Of a stretch of DNA of 64,000 nucleotides, positions 19,850 to 32,935 are shown piece after piece. The stretch comes from Mycobacteriales bacterium (lineage in GTDB: Bacteria > Actinomycetota > Actinomycetes > Mycobacteriales > QHCD01): contig JBEDUI010000071.1 in NCBI GenBank assembly GCA_040414495.1, positions 425 to 64,424 of the forward strand, written 5' to 3'. How positions within the stretch are numbered: position 1 is the stretch's first letter; the number at the start of each line of letters is the position of its first letter. The translations under genes and the position numbers were made by a program. The notes beneath the pieces are model-generated. The model did no database searches. It was given only the letters and a program-made list of their open reading frames with translations, and was not told the DNA's origin.

Positions 19850-20286
19850 GCCGGTTGCGGATCGGCAGCCCGATCCGCACCTTGCAGATGGGGTCGCGGC
19901 AGCGGCGTAAGCAGCCGGCCGACGCGGTCGACCAGCAACGTCATCTCGTACGCCAACTGCCCGATATCGCTGTGCGGACCGGCCAGCACCGCCAAACACG
20001 AACCGTCGCTGATCGACATGAGCAGCATCAGACCGCGGTCCATCTCGACCACGGTCTCCTTCACCGCGCCGGCCTCGAAACACCGTGCCGCGCCCTGGGC
20101 CAGGCTCAGCAGACCCGATGTCACGGCTGCCAACTGGTCGGCCCGATCCTGCGGCAAGCCAGCGGAGGCGGCCACCAGCAGGCCATCGGAGGAGACAATC
20201 GCGGCGTGTCCGACGCCCTCAACGCGTTCGGCAAAGTCCGTCACCAGCAGACCGAACTCGCTGGACTCTGGACGATTCGACGTCAT
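19846..20286 (-). CDS. cvnB: Conservon roadblock/LC7 protein (CvnB-like)
   Basis: [35 protein letters not shown]. Confidence 0.9.
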   Translation of the reverse strand: MTSNRPESSEFGLLVTDFAERVEGVGHAAIVSSDGLLVAASAGLPQDRADQLAAVTSGLLSLAQGAARCFEAGAVKETVVEMDRGLMLLMSISDGSCLAVLAGPHSDIGQLAYEMTLLVDRVGRLLTPLPRPHLQGADRAADPQPA

Positions 20287-23200
20287 CTGCTCTCCCGTTC
20301 TGCGCTAGCGTCCGCGGTCGGACGTTGCGGTGCGCCAACACTTTCCCGGCCCTCCCGCAGGCCACGTTGGAAGTTCGCGAGTCGCCCGCGCACTCCGTTC
20401 GCCTCCTGCTCGGCCGGACCGCGTTCTACCACGGACGGGCTGTCAGGGACACTTCCCGGCACAATACGGGCTCCCGGCCGCCGACGCGGTAAACCGGCCT
20501 CCGTGTGTCCCTCGGGTTCAGCTTGTTCCGTCGGTTGTTCTTCCGTGGATTGTTCGGCGCCTTCTGCCTGTCCATCGCTTTCCCGGGGCTCAGGCGTTTC
20601 GGTTGCGACCGGCGTTCCCTCCTTGGCCGGTTTCTCGGCTGGTTTCTCGACCGGTTGCGCCGGTTCGGCCCGGGCGGTTGGCCATTCGGCACCGTCAGTT
20701 GCCGGGGGTTCTTGGGGCTGCGGGGCGGGCGCGGCGTGTCGCGGCTCGGGATCGGCAGCATGCCGACCTCGTCGCAGACCGCTCTGGAACGCCGACATCC
20801 GCTGTCGCATGAGTTCGGCATCCGACTCGGTCGAGCCGCTGTGCCGGGCCCGCCGCGGCGCGGCCGACGTCACGCTGCCGGGCAACATCCGGGCCCCCGG
20901 CTTACGCCGCGGCAGCCCGGCCTTGGTCACCGACTCGGACGACGTACGGTGCACCGACTCGGCGGCCTTCCAGCCCGCATCGGCCGCGCTTCCCCAGTTC
21001 GTCGCGGCCGGCGAGGGGGCGCGCTGGAACCACGCCGAGAGCAGGTCATCGAAGATCGGCGTGGGTTCCGAGCCGGTGGGCTTTTCCGGCTCGGACTGCT
21101 GATCGGGCTGCGGCTGTACGGATTGCAGCTGTACGGATTGCAGCGGCGCAGGCTGCGGCTGTACGGGCGGCGCTGCCTTGACCGGGGCCTCAGGTTGCGG
21201 TGCTGCTGCCTGCGGCTCGGGTTCCGGCTCCGGCGGTTCGGCTGGTTGCTCGGTCGGGGCATCGGTGGTCTCGGTTTGTTCCGTCGCGACAGGCATGGCC
21301 GCGGCGGGCGTATCCACCGCCGGGTGCAGTGAGACCACCGCACCGTTGAGCTCCTGGGCCGGCTGTGGCGCCGAAGCGACCGATGGAGCCGAAGCGACAG
21401 GCGGGGCCGGCGCGACTGGTGGGGCCGGCCGCTCGGGCGCCAGCGGGATCAGCAACTCGGCCGGGATCGTCACCGTCGCCCGGAGCCCGCCGATCTGCTC
21501 GCCACCCTGCAACCGGACCCGAACTCCGTGCCGGCCGGCGAGCGTACCGACGACGTACAACCCCAGCTGCCGGTTCGTCGAGCCGTCGATGACCCCGGCC
21601 GCGTCCAGGCGGGCATTCGCCTGGACCAGCTGCTCGTCGGTCATCCCGATGCCCTGGTCGAGAATGTCGATCGAGATGCCGCCGTTGCGGGCCCGGTAAT
21701 CGGCCAGGTGCACCTGGGTCTCGGGGGCTGAGAACCGGGTCGCGTTGTCCAGCAATTCGGCGATCAGGCGGACCAGGTCGCCGGCGACGTGGCCGGCCAC
21801 CGCGACCGGCGCCATCGTCTGGACCGCCACCCGCTTGTATTGGTCGATCTCCGAGGCGGCGGCGCGCAGCAGTTCACCCAGCCGCATTGGCTGGTTGAAC
21901 CGCCGGGTCAGGTCGCTGCCGGAGAGCACCATGAGGTTCTCGTTGTTCCGGCGCAGCCGGATCGCCAGGTGATCGAGCCCGAACAACGCGGAGAGCCGGT
22001 CGGGATCCTCCTCGTCGCGTTCCATCGTCTCGAGCAGGCCGAGTTGCTGCTGTACGAGCGCTTCGCTGCGCAGCGACAGGTCGACCAGTACCTCGTTGTA
22101 CACGGTCCGCAGCCGGGCCTGGTCTGTTGCCAGGTACAGGGCCCGCCGGTGCAGGTCGTCGAACGTCCTGGCCAATGCGCCGATCTCGTCGTGGTCGCGA
22201 TCAACTACTGGCGGTTGCGGCACCGAGGCACCCGCGCGCACCGCGGCGGTCGCGGCCGGCAGGTCATGGTCGGCGACCTGGCGCATCTCGCCGGCGAGCC
22301 GCCGCAGTGGCCTGCGTACCGACCGGATCACGAACACCAGCACGACCAACGCCACCAGCAGCGCGCCCGCCAGCAACGCCCCGGCCAGCACGACGTCGTT
22401 ACGCGCATCACGCTTCATGTGCTCGGCCGAATCCGCCAACTGGTTCGACAGCGACCCGGTAACCGAGCCCACCATGCCGATGACGGTGTTCGACGCCGAC
22501 GTCCAGTCGCCCGGCGCGACGGGCGGCACGGTGCCCCCGGGCGCGAGGACCCGGTGCTGCAGCCGGTTGCGGTTGTCGACCGCGTCGCTGCTGACGCTGT
22601 CGTTGTATCGCTTGACCTGGTCCGGCGCGGCCGCCGTCATGAAGATGCCCAGCTGTGTGGAGAGCCGCTGGTCCGAGGTGTGTACGCGATTGGCCAGCGC
22701 GCTGCCCGGCTCGCCGTGCAGGAGCGCCCCGCCGATGAGCGCCTGCTGGAACGAGTACTCCTCGCCCACCGCCTCCAGGTTGTGCAGCGCGCCGGCCGTG
22801 CGGGCCAGGTCCGGATCGTCGAGCCCGGCGGCCACCGCCACATCGGCGGCGAGCAAAGCGTTGATGGTCGGCACGTACGCGGTGACGGCGTCGGCCGGGC
22901 TCATCGAACCGCTCTCGATCCGGGTACGGAACCCCGGCAGTCGGTCAGCCGCGCTGAGGGCAGCCTGCAGGCGGGACCGGGACAGCGAGTCGAGCGCGCC
23001 GGTCACGTGTCCACCGGTCAGCGCCATGCGCGCGGTGTCCGTCACCCCTTGACACTGGGTGTACGCGGTCTTGTCCGCGCCCTTCTTGAACTGCGCCGCC
23101 GCGTCGCGTTCCTTCTGAGTGGCGGAAATCAAAGCCTGGATCTTGCTCTGCGCCTCGATGGCCTCGCGGTTCCGCGTGGCCGAGTGCGACTTGGACAGCC

Positions 23201-23348
23201 CGGAGGAGAGCAGCAATCCACCGAGCGCGGCGGCGAACAGCAGCGGAACCAGGACCAGGATCAGGAGCTTGCTGCGTACTCCCAAATGCACGCCGGAAGC
23301 ACGCAAGTCGTCGCCGACCTGCGTAGCAGTGCGCTCACCTGACGACAT
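20283..23348 (-). CDS. cvnA: Conservon sensor protein (CvnA-like: TM, NIT-like domain, HAMP, HATPase, long Pro/Ala/Glu tail)
   Basis: [52 protein letters not shown]. Confidence 0.88.
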   Translation of the reverse strand: MSSGERTATQVGDDLRASGVHLGVRSKLLILVLVPLLFAAALGGLLLSSGLSKSHSATRNREAIEAQSKIQALISATQKERDAAAQFKKGADKTAYTQCQGVTDTARMALTGGHVTGALDSLSRSRLQAALSAADRLPGFRTRIESGSMSPADAVTAYVPTINALLAADVAVAAGLDDPDLARTAGALHNLEAVGEEYSFQQALIGGALLHGEPGSALANRVHTSDQRLSTQLGIFMTAAAPDQVKRYNDSVSSDAVDNRNRLQHRVLAPGGTVPPVAPGDWTSASNTVIGMVGSVTGSLSNQLADSAEHMKRDARNDVVLAGALLAGALLVALVVLVFVIRSVRRPLRRLAGEMRQVADHDLPAATAAVRAGASVPQPPVVDRDHDEIGALARTFDDLHRRALYLATDQARLRTVYNEVLVDLSLRSEALVQQQLGLLETMERDEEDPDRLSALFGLDHLAIRLRRNNENLMVLSGSDLTRRFNQPMRLGELLRAAASEIDQYKRVAVQTMAPVAVAGHVAGDLVRLIAELLDNATRFSAPETQVHLADYRARNGGISIDILDQGIGMTDEQLVQANARLDAAGVIDGSTNRQLGLYVVGTLAGRHGVRVRLQGGEQIGGLRATVTIPAELLIPLAPERPAPPVAPAPPVASAPSVASAPQPAQELNGAVVSLHPAVDTPAAAMPVATEQTETTDAPTEQPAEPPEPEPEPQAAAPQPEAPVKAAPPVQPQPAPLQSVQLQSVQPQPDQQSEPEKPTGSEPTPIFDDLLSAWFQRAPSPAATNWGSAADAGWKAAESVHRTSSESVTKAGLPRRKPGARMLPGSVTSAAPRRARHSGSTESDAELMRQRMSAFQSGLRRGRHAADPEPRHAAPAPQPQEPPATDGAEWPTARAEPAQPVEKPAEKPAKEGTPVATETPEPRESDGQAEGAEQSTEEQPTEQAEPEGHTEAGLPRRRPGARIVPGSVPDSPSVVERGPAEQEANGVRGRLANFQRGLREGRESVGAPQRPTADASAERESR

Positions 23349-23578
23349 CGACGCGACCTGAGCAATGGGGGCTGTGGACGGGCTATGGGGGTGGTCCGCT
23401 GGACCGCGATCAGACGAATCGAGACCCTACACCGTGGCACAGCCCACTTTTGAACGCACCGTAGGCACGCTGTCACGGCGTGCCGATCGATTAGCCTCGC
23501 TTGAGCGTCCGCCCACAATTACTGCTCACTTCTGCGCATTCTATGGGTTTAGGATGCAGCATCAGTCGTTCTTGATGG

Positions 23579-24922
23579 GTGGATACCGTGGATCACGCAA
23601 AACGCCGAGGCACTGGCCTCCGGCGTACGCAAAGAAGATTGATCAGTCTGCTGAGCTGCTGCGCTCTGCTGGCCGGATGCGCCAACGTGGCGCACTCCTC
23701 CGACCGGACGCGCGGCGTGACGATCTCGATCGCGACCGGCATGCAGGAGCCGCCGGCCTCGATGCTGGCGCAGTTCACGCGTCAGACGGGGATCAAGGTT
23801 CGCTGGATCGACCTGGGTTGGGACGATCTGCAGACCAAGATCTCGACCTCGTCTGTCGCACATACCTACTTCGCCGACGTGGTGAATGTGGACTGGTCCC
23901 GGGTCGGTAGCTATGCCCGCCTGGACTGGTTCCACCCGCTCGGCCAGTACCTGAACACCTCGACGCTGCGTAAGGACATGCCGCAGCTCGAGTCGTTCAT
24001 CGTCGGCGGCAAGGTGATCGGCGTTCCGTTCGATGCCGATCTGAAGGTCACGACGATCAACCGCAAGCAGTTCAAAGCGGCCGGCATCACGACCGATCCG
24101 CGCACCATGGCGGAGTACACCGCCGACCTGGCCAAGATCCGGGCCAAGAACCCGCAGGAGCACCCACTGGGTATCCCGCTGGCCGCGGCCGAGGGCCTGT
24201 CCACGTACTGGTACCAGCTGACCGCGGCCTTCGGCGGAACGACGTTCACCAAGTCGTTCGACCCGGCCTTCAGCAGTCCGAACTCGGCTGGCTACAAGGC
24301 GCTGCAGTGGATGCGGGACGCCTATAAGACCGGTCTGGTCTCCCCCGCGAACATCAACATGACCGATGTGGCCACGGCGCAGACCGAAATGGCCAAGGGC
24401 ACGGTGGCCAGCATTTTCTCGGATTCGCCGCAGATCCAGAGTATTTACAACTCCAAGCAGTACTCGACGGTCATCGGTCAGGTGAACTACCTGAGCACGC
24501 CCTCCAGCCCGACACCGTCGCCTGACCTCAGTACGCCCGACGGCGCCGGAATTCCGAAGACCGCGAAGTACCCGGCCGCCGCGGCGAAGTTCATCAAGTG
24601 GCTGATCAGCCCGAATATCCAGGCCCAATTAGCAGGCCTGAACGGCGAGAGCGCGCCGCAGATTGCCTTGCCGTGCAGCCTGACCGCAGTCCGCGAGCTG
24701 GTCAAGCATCACCGCATCGCGGAGGGCGACAAGGTCATCAACATGCTGCAGAACACTGTCCGTCCGGTATTTCCCGACGGACCCCCGGTGTGGTATCCGC
24801 AATTCAGCAATGCCGCTTACACCGCCATTCACGCCGCCGTTACCGGGCAGGTGAGTGTCGCGTCGGCGATCAACACGATCGCCCAAACCGCCCGCGACCA
24901 GAAAGCCAGTACTTCATCGTGA
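23579..24922 (+). CDS. Carbohydrate ABC substrate-binding lipoprotein
   Basis: LLAGC lipobox, F...TGIKV, type 1 SBP features; followed by two permeases. Confidence 0.85.
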   Translation: MDTVDHAKRRGTGLRRTQRRLISLLSCCALLAGCANVAHSSDRTRGVTISIATGMQEPPASMLAQFTRQTGIKVRWIDLGWDDLQTKISTSSVAHTYFADVVNVDWSRVGSYARLDWFHPLGQYLNTSTLRKDMPQLESFIVGGKVIGVPFDADLKVTTINRKQFKAAGITTDPRTMAEYTADLAKIRAKNPQEHPLGIPLAAAEGLSTYWYQLTAAFGGTTFTKSFDPAFSSPNSAGYKALQWMRDAYKTGLVSPANINMTDVATAQTEMAKGTVASIFSDSPQIQSIYNSKQYSTVIGQVNYLSTPSSPTPSPDLSTPDGAGIPKTAKYPAAAAKFIKWLISPNIQAQLAGLNGESAPQIALPCSLTAVRELVKHHRIAEGDKVINMLQNTVRPVFPDGPPVWYPQFSNAAYTAIHAAVTGQVSVASAINTIAQTARDQKASTSS

Positions 24923-24935
24923 TCGTGAGGCCATT

Positions 24936-25856
24936 GTGGTAACCCTGACCCGTCCAACAATCGAGACAGTTACCCGCCGCAATCCCATGCGCCGGGACAG
25001 CATATTGCCGTACGTGCTGATCGCACCGCTGGTGATCTTCGTCATCGGCCTCGGCCTAATTCCGGGCATCTTCACCGCGGTGGAGGCCTTTTTCAAAGTC
25101 ACGCCGTTTGATCCGCCGACCCGCTTCGCCGGCATTGACAACTTCATCGCGTTGGCCCGCAACAGCGCGGTTCGAGTCGGTGCGATCAATACGCTGCTGT
25201 ACGTCGTCATCGGCATTGCATTGGTGACGGTGCTCGGCGTGGCGATGGCTGTCACACTGCAACGACCGTTCCGGGGCCGGGCCGTGGTGATCGCGGCGAT
25301 GGTGCTGCCGTGGGCGCTGCCCGGCGTGGTCGAGAGCGTGATCTGGACCTGGATCTACGACCCGAGTTCCGGTGTGCTGAACAGCGTTCTGCATTCATTG
25401 CACATCATCGACAATTACCAGGTCTGGGTCGGTAACAACCGAATCGTCGCGATCACGTTCATTGAGATCGTCCAGGTCTGGCAGATGGCGCCGCTGTGTG
25501 CGTTGCTGATTCTGGCTGCGCTGCAGGCGATTCCGGACGACATCTACGAAGCCGCCCGGATGGACGGGTGTAACGCGTGGCGGACGTTCTGGCGAATCAC
25601 GCTGCCGCTGGCCCGACCGGGTCTGGCGATCGCGATGGTGCAGGCGGTGGTCAACACGCTGAATATCTTTGACCAGGCGTATCTGTTGAACGGCGCCTCC
25701 TACACCGCGACCTCCTTGATGGAGCAGACGTACTTCATCACCTTCCAGAACCTGAACTTCGGCCAGGGCTATGCGCTCTCACTCGTCGTAACGGTGGCGA
25801 CGCTCATCCTGTCCTTCCTGGTCATCAAGCTGGTCTATCGCAAGGTTGAATTCTGA
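24936..25856 (+). CDS. Carbohydrate ABC permease (MalF-like)
   Basis: F.GIDNF, LPWALP, IYEAARMDG...WRTFWRITLPL EAA loop. Confidence 0.9.
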   Translation: MVTLTRPTIETVTRRNPMRRDSILPYVLIAPLVIFVIGLGLIPGIFTAVEAFFKVTPFDPPTRFAGIDNFIALARNSAVRVGAINTLLYVVIGIALVTVLGVAMAVTLQRPFRGRAVVIAAMVLPWALPGVVESVIWTWIYDPSSGVLNSVLHSLHIIDNYQVWVGNNRIVAITFIEIVQVWQMAPLCALLILAALQAIPDDIYEAARMDGCNAWRTFWRITLPLARPGLAIAMVQAVVNTLNIFDQAYLLNGASYTATSLMEQTYFITFQNLNFGQGYALSLVVTVATLILSFLVIKLVYRKVEF

Positions 25857-26707
25857 TGAAACGATCGCGAGTCATCCGTCCTATCGGGATCGCCTTAATT
25901 CTGTTCTGGTCCCTCGCACCGGTGTATTGGGCGATCAATACCAGCCTGCAGACCGACGCTACGGCCGAATCCAAGCCGTCGCACTACTTCCCTCCCGCGG
26001 CGACGCTCGTGAACTTCCGTACGCTGCTGGGCTTCGGGAAGGTCATTTCCGGTTACGAGTCGGTCCCGTCCACCATCCGCGACGGACTCATCAACATCGT
26101 CGTCGAGAGCGGCGTGGCCACAATCGTCACGGTTTTCCTGGCGTTGCTGGCTGCTTATGCCTTTGCCCGGATGACGTTCAGAGGCCACAAGGTGATCTTC
26201 TACGCTGTGTTGGCGACGATGGCGCTGCCGGCGTATTCGACGCTCATTCCGCTGTACCGCATCATGATCACCCTGCACCTGGTCAACACCTACACCGGAA
26301 TCGTGCTGGTGTACGTATCGGGTTTCCTGCCGATCGCGGTGTGGGTTTTGTACAGCTACTTGAGCGGAATTCCGCGGGCCCTGGAAGAGGCCGGCGCCGT
26401 CGACGGTGCCTCGCGGATGCAGGTGCTGTGGCGAATCGTGGTACCGGTGGCGCGGCCGGGCATCATCGCGACCGCGACCATCACATTCCTCTTTGGATGG
26501 TCGCAGTTCCTGTTCCCGCTGGTGCTCAGCAGCGACTCCTCGACCCAGCCGTTGACCGTCGTCATCGCCTCCCTGCAGGCACGGCACTCGGCGCCATTCG
26601 CGTTGATGAATTCCGCCGGCGTGATCGCGATCGTCATTCCGGCGTTGATCACCGTCATCCTGAATAAGTACGTTGTGAACGGAATGCTGGCCGGCAGCGT
26701 GAAGTAA
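25856..26707 (+). CDS. Carbohydrate ABC permease (MalG-like)
   Basis: AAYAFAR, IPRALEEAGAVDGASR EAA loop, ends GSVK. Confidence 0.9.
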   Translation: MKRSRVIRPIGIALILFWSLAPVYWAINTSLQTDATAESKPSHYFPPAATLVNFRTLLGFGKVISGYESVPSTIRDGLINIVVESGVATIVTVFLALLAAYAFARMTFRGHKVIFYAVLATMALPAYSTLIPLYRIMITLHLVNTYTGIVLVYVSGFLPIAVWVLYSYLSGIPRALEEAGAVDGASRMQVLWRIVVPVARPGIIATATITFLFGWSQFLFPLVLSSDSSTQPLTVVIASLQARHSAPFALMNSAGVIAIVIPALITVILNKYVVNGMLAGSVK

Positions 26708-26732
26708 GACAACAGACAGGAGTCTGACAGCA

Positions 26733-27899
26733 ATGAGCGATCTGCGCATCGGCGTACTGGGGATCGGTTCCCGGTCCAGGTTGGCCACCGCAGTGAACGA
26801 GCCGGGAATGGGCGCCCGGGTCGTCGCCGCCTCTGATGTCACCGAGAGCGGGCGTGCCCGCGCCCGCGAGATTTTCGGCGACGACATAACCACTACCGCC
26901 AATCTGCATGACCTGCTCGAGCTCGGTCTGGACGCCGTCGTGGTCACCACGCCGGATTTCCTGCACGAGGAGGAGGCGGTCGAGGTACTCAGCGCCGGCG
27001 TGCCGGTGTATATGGAAAAGCCGCTGGCCATCACGATCGAGGGCTGCGACCGAGTGCTGGAGACGGCGCGCAAGCACGGCACGCGGCTGTACGTCGGACA
27101 CAACATGCGGCATATGCCGGTGGTTCTGCAGCTGCGCGAGCTCATTCAGTCCGGGGCGATCGGCGAGGTGAAAGCCGTATGGTGTCGGCACTTCGTCGGC
27201 CACGGAGGCGATTTCTATTTCAAGGACTGGCACGCGGATCGCACCAAGACGACTGGTCTGCTGCTGCAGAAGGGCGCGCACGACATCGACGTGATCCACT
27301 GGCTCGCCGGCGGCTATACCCGGCGGGTGTCGGGCATGGGCGCGTTGACGCTGTACGGGCAGATCACCGATCGCCAGGACAATTCGAATCAGCTGATGAA
27401 GGACTGGAAGGGCGAGAACTGGCCGCCGCTGAGCCTGCGCGGGTTGAACCCGGTCGTCGACGTCGAGGACCTGTCGATGATCACGATGGCGCTGGACAAC
27501 GGGGTGTACGCGACATACGAACAGTGCCATTACACGCCGGATTACTGGCGTAATTACACCGTCATCGGCACCGAAGGCCGCATCGAGAACTTCGGTGACA
27601 CCGGCGGAAACGGCGTTATCCGACTGTGGAACCGACGTACGGATTACAACGCCGATGGCGACAAGACAATCCCCATTACTCAGGTTGAGGGTGGTCACGG
27701 CGGCGCCGATGGCGCCATCATCGCCGAATTCCTGCGTTTCGTGCGCGACGGCGGCAAGACGAATACCTCGCCGGTGGCCGCGCGCGAGGCGGTCGCGACC
27801 GGCGTGACCGCGACCGAATCGCTGCGGTCAGATGGCTCGGCGCGGGACGTGCCTGAACTGGCGCCGGATCTGGCGGACTATTTCGAAGCGGGTCAGTAG
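26733..27899 (+). CDS. Gfo/Idh/MocA-family oxidoreductase
   Basis: IGVLGIG, TPD.LH, EKP, GHNMR, GLLLQKGAHDID. Confidence 0.92.
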   Translation: MSDLRIGVLGIGSRSRLATAVNEPGMGARVVAASDVTESGRARAREIFGDDITTTANLHDLLELGLDAVVVTTPDFLHEEEAVEVLSAGVPVYMEKPLAITIEGCDRVLETARKHGTRLYVGHNMRHMPVVLQLRELIQSGAIGEVKAVWCRHFVGHGGDFYFKDWHADRTKTTGLLLQKGAHDIDVIHWLAGGYTRRVSGMGALTLYGQITDRQDNSNQLMKDWKGENWPPLSLRGLNPVVDVEDLSMITMALDNGVYATYEQCHYTPDYWRNYTVIGTEGRIENFGDTGGNGVIRLWNRRTDYNADGDKTIPITQVEGGHGGADGAIIAEFLRFVRDGGKTNTSPVAAREAVATGVTATESLRSDGSARDVPELAPDLADYFEAGQ

Positions 27900-27906
27900 C
27901 TATCAG

Positions 27907-27946
27907 AAGGTCCCGGGGTCGTGATTGACCCCGGGACTTTTTGTTT
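27907..27946 (+). terminator. Intrinsic terminator
   Basis: GTCCCGGGGTC-GTGATT-GACCCCGGGAC followed by TTTTTGTTT. Confidence 0.85.
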
Positions 27947-27967
27947 GCGGTGGTTCCAGGCATGTCA

Positions 27968-27988
27968 TACGATCGAACGTATGTTCCC
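27968..27988 (+). promoter_or_regulatory. -10 hexamer plus LexA SOS box overlapping a probably leaderless start
   Basis: TACGAT 27968-73; TCGAAC-GTAT-GTTCCC 27973-88 versus actinobacterial consensus TCGAAC-N4-GTTCGA; ATG at 27981. Confidence 0.75.
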
Positions 27989-29393
27989 CTTGGCAGCGAG
28001 TGTGCTCGACGACGATGGCTGGGAGCCGTCGCCGTCCGATTGGGCACGGCTGCACGAGATGTACGCCGACGATGAGTTCGACGACATCGACCCTGACGCC
28101 GGCCCCGAACGATACGATCTGGCGCCCGGCGCCGAGGCCGCGCTGGTGTTTGAGCACACCGATCTTGCCGCGTTGGATGCGCCCGAGCTGATCGATGCGG
28201 CGGTCGGACTGGGCCGACTGGCGTCGTGGGCGCAGGCCCAGCAGTCACGGGCCATCGCCTTATTCGCAAATTGCCGTCCGCCGGCGTATATCCACGACGA
28301 CGGGTTGCTGGGCCATCAGACGGTCAGCCGGTACGTGACAGATGAGGTGGCGTGTGCCCTGTCGCTGACCAACCGTGGAGCCGGCAATCGGGTTGATCTG
28401 GCGCTGCGGCTGGCCGAGGCGTTGCCGGCGACGCAGCAGGCCTGGCAACGGGGCGACCTGGATTGGCCGCGGGTCGCGTTGATGGCTGATCGGACCGCGG
28501 TTCTGTCGCCGGCTCAGGCGCATGCCGTCGAGACGTCGGTGTTGCCGCGGGTGATCGGTAAGACGACCGGCCAGACCCGGCGGGTGCTCGACCGGGCGGT
28601 GATCGAGGCGGATCCGGATGCGGCGAACAAGCGGCACGAACGGGCGCGACTGGATCGCGACGTCCGAGTACGGGCCGCCGACGACGGCATGGCCACACTC
28701 ACCGCGATGCTGTGCGCCGAGGAGGCGGCGCTGGCCCATTCCAGCCTGACCCGCCTTGCCGACAGTGCCCCCTCCGACGACCCGCGCACACTCGGCCAAC
28801 GGCGGGCCGATGCGCTGATGAGCTTGCTCGGTGGCCAGTCTGATGGTGTGGCTTTGTCGACGCCGTTGTCCGAGCTGCCGTCCGTCGGCAAGCCGCTCGT
28901 CCAGGTCGTGGTCGCGGCCGACACGCTCGCCGGCTCCGACGATCGGCCCGCCGACCTGGTCGGTTTCGGTCCCATCCCGGCCGACGTGGCGCGCAGGATC
29001 GCCGCCGACGCCACCTGGCAACGGATCCTCGCCGATCCCGCCTCCGGCGCCGTTCTCGATGTCGGCCGGACCAGATATCGGCCGCCGGCGGCACTGGTCG
29101 ATTACATCAAAGCCCGGGATCAGGTCTGCACGTTTCCGCCGTGCCAGCAACCTGCGGGGCGCTGTCAACTCGATCACGCAATTGCATACGACAAGGGCGG
29201 CGAAACCAACGCTGACAATCTCGGCTTGCTGTGCACCCGACATCATTTGTTGAAGACGCACACCGGCTGGTCGATCGTCCGGCATCAGGACGGCGTTGTC
29301 ACCTGGACATCGCCGACCGGACATCGTTACTACAACTATCCGGAAAATTATCGTTCGTACCGGCCCGCCCTGCCTGATCCGCCGCCATTCTGA
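27981..29393 (+). CDS. DUF222 + HNH endonuclease (13E12-repeat-family-like)
   Basis: DPRT.GQRRADAL, GFGPIPA..AR, RD..CTFP.C, C.LDH, NL..LC.RHH..KT, WTSP.G, ends DPPPF. Confidence 0.9.
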   Translation: MFPLAASVLDDDGWEPSPSDWARLHEMYADDEFDDIDPDAGPERYDLAPGAEAALVFEHTDLAALDAPELIDAAVGLGRLASWAQAQQSRAIALFANCRPPAYIHDDGLLGHQTVSRYVTDEVACALSLTNRGAGNRVDLALRLAEALPATQQAWQRGDLDWPRVALMADRTAVLSPAQAHAVETSVLPRVIGKTTGQTRRVLDRAVIEADPDAANKRHERARLDRDVRVRAADDGMATLTAMLCAEEAALAHSSLTRLADSAPSDDPRTLGQRRADALMSLLGGQSDGVALSTPLSELPSVGKPLVQVVVAADTLAGSDDRPADLVGFGPIPADVARRIAADATWQRILADPASGAVLDVGRTRYRPPAALVDYIKARDQVCTFPPCQQPAGRCQLDHAIAYDKGGETNADNLGLLCTRHHLLKTHTGWSIVRHQDGVVTWTSPTGHRYYNYPENYRSYRPALPDPPPF

Positions 29394-30286
29394 AGTTCGA
29401 CACCGGGCGGCAGATCCGCCGTACGTAGAAAATCGAGAAGCGTTGCGCGAAATGCGCGCGCGGCGTGCGTCAACGCGACATCGCTCCGGTGTGCCAACGC
29501 AATCGTCCGATGCAAGGGCGGATCCAACGTCGCGGCCTGTAAATGTGGATGCCCGGCCAGCACCATGCTGGGCACGATCGCCACACCGAGACCGGCTTCA
29601 ACAAAGCGTAAAACGGCGTCCATTTCGCCGCCCTCGACCGCGAACGTCGGCCGGAACCCGGCATGCTGGCAGGCCACGAGCGTCGTCTCCCGCAGGTCGT
29701 AGCCCTCGCGGAACATCACCATGGGCCGATTCTCAAGCGAGAGCAGCGAGACCGACTCCGCCGAGCTATTTGGCTCCACGACGACCAGGCTTTCCCGCAA
29801 AATCGGAATGCTCGTCAACGCTGTCTCGTTTCGCCTAGTCGAGGCGATCACCAGGGCGAGATCAAGGTCACCCCTGACCAAGTCGCGGGTCAAATCACGT
29901 GAGCCGTTCTCGTGCACCACCAACTCGATGCCTGGGTACATATCGTGAAAACGACGGAGAATGTTGGCGAACACGCTCGTGCAGACGCTCGGTGTCGCGC
30001 CAACCCGGACCCGGCCGCGACGAAGTCCCGCCAGTTCCTGCACTTCCAGTCGCGCATTGTCTACATCGGACATGATCCGCTCGGCCACCGGCAGCAGCGC
30101 CTCCCCCGGCGGCGTCAAAGCGATGTTGCCCGGTGTCCGGCTGAACAGATCAGCACCCAACTCCGTCTCCAACGCACGAATCTGCTTGCTCAACGAGGGT
30201 TGTGCCACATGCGTCTGTTCCGCGGCCCGGGTAAAACTCCGGGTCCGGGCCACCGCGAGAAAGTAGATCAGCTGCTGAAGGGTCAC
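29348..30286 (-). CDS. LysR-family regulator, divergent from sdh operon
   Basis: LQQL.YF.AVA...SFTRAA...HVAQPSLS.QI..LE.ELG..LF.R. Confidence 0.95.
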   Translation of the reverse strand: MTLQQLIYFLAVARTRSFTRAAEQTHVAQPSLSKQIRALETELGADLFSRTPGNIALTPPGEALLPVAERIMSDVDNARLEVQELAGLRRGRVRVGATPSVCTSVFANILRRFHDMYPGIELVVHENGSRDLTRDLVRGDLDLALVIASTRRNETALTSIPILRESLVVVEPNSSAESVSLLSLENRPMVMFREGYDLRETTLVACQHAGFRPTFAVEGGEMDAVLRFVEAGLGVAIVPSMVLAGHPHLQAATLDPPLHRTIALAHRSDVALTHAARAFRATLLDFLRTADLPPGVELQNGGGSGRAGRYER

Positions 30287-30380
30287 GGGCAGAGCATAGG
30301 TCAGCGGACGTCATTCCTTCTGGCTATCACCACAAGCTCAGCTATGTATTGGACCCGGCGCGCACCGTGTTCGTAGCGTC

Positions 30381-31021
30381 ATGCGTGTGACGACGACGCT
30401 CAGCGCACCAGTCCGCAACACGGTCGGCAAGAAGGCAGTGATGGCGACCACCGGGCTCATTATGTTGAGCTATTTGGTCGCTCACATGATTGGCAATCTC
30501 AAGATCTTCGCCGGTCGCCAGACCTTCAATCAGTATGCAGATTGGCTACGCACCATGGGCGAGCCGGCAATTCCGCGGCGCACCATTCTGACCCTTATTG
30601 AGATCGTGCTCGTAGTCTGTGTCATTGCCCACATCACCAGCGCCGTGCAACTGTGGCATAGAGCCCAACGCGCGCATAAAAGTGATTACACCACCCGAAC
30701 AATGCGCTGGGGCGGCGTTATTGTCGCGCTCTTCGTCGTCTATCACCTGCTGGATCTCACGTTCCGGGTCGCGAATCCAGTGGGCGCCGCGCACGATCCG
30801 TATGACAATGTCGTCGCGAGTTTTCAGCAGTGGCCGGTGACGGCGTTCTACATGCTCGCGCTGATCGCGATCGGACTCCACATCAGACACGGCATCACCA
30901 GCGCTATGGCAAGTCTAGGCGTGAGCCATCCGGCAATTCCTCTGGTGTCGAATGCATTCGCCTTTCTCCTCACGGTCGGATTTCTGGTCGTGCCGTTCGC
31001 CGTACTGATCGGAGCCGTCTC

Positions 31022-31025
<4 letters not shown>
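30381..31025 (+). CDS. sdhC: Succinate dehydrogenase cytochrome b558 subunit
   Basis: VGKK.VMA.TG, HM.GNLK, four candidate heme histidines, 5 TM helices. Confidence 0.88.

Positions 31026-32931
<1,906 letters not shown>

Positions 32932-32935
<4 letters not shown>

Noticed and set aside
21114-21420. 15-bp (LQSVQ x2) and ~18-bp (APPVA/APSVAS) repeats in cvnA
   Set aside because: Ordinary slippage within a Pro/Gln-rich disordered linker.
16939-23342. Long plus-strand ORFs such as 16939..18567, 19007..20308, 19762..21102 and 21789..23342
   Set aside because: Shadows of the membrane protein and conservon genes, with low-complexity Arg/Gly/Pro/Ser-rich translations.
23349-23578. Possible riboswitch or sRNA between the conservon and ABC operon (hairpin GGCACGCTGTCACGGCGTGCC)
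   Set aside because: No known aptamer consensus recognised; a single hairpin is not sufficient evidence.
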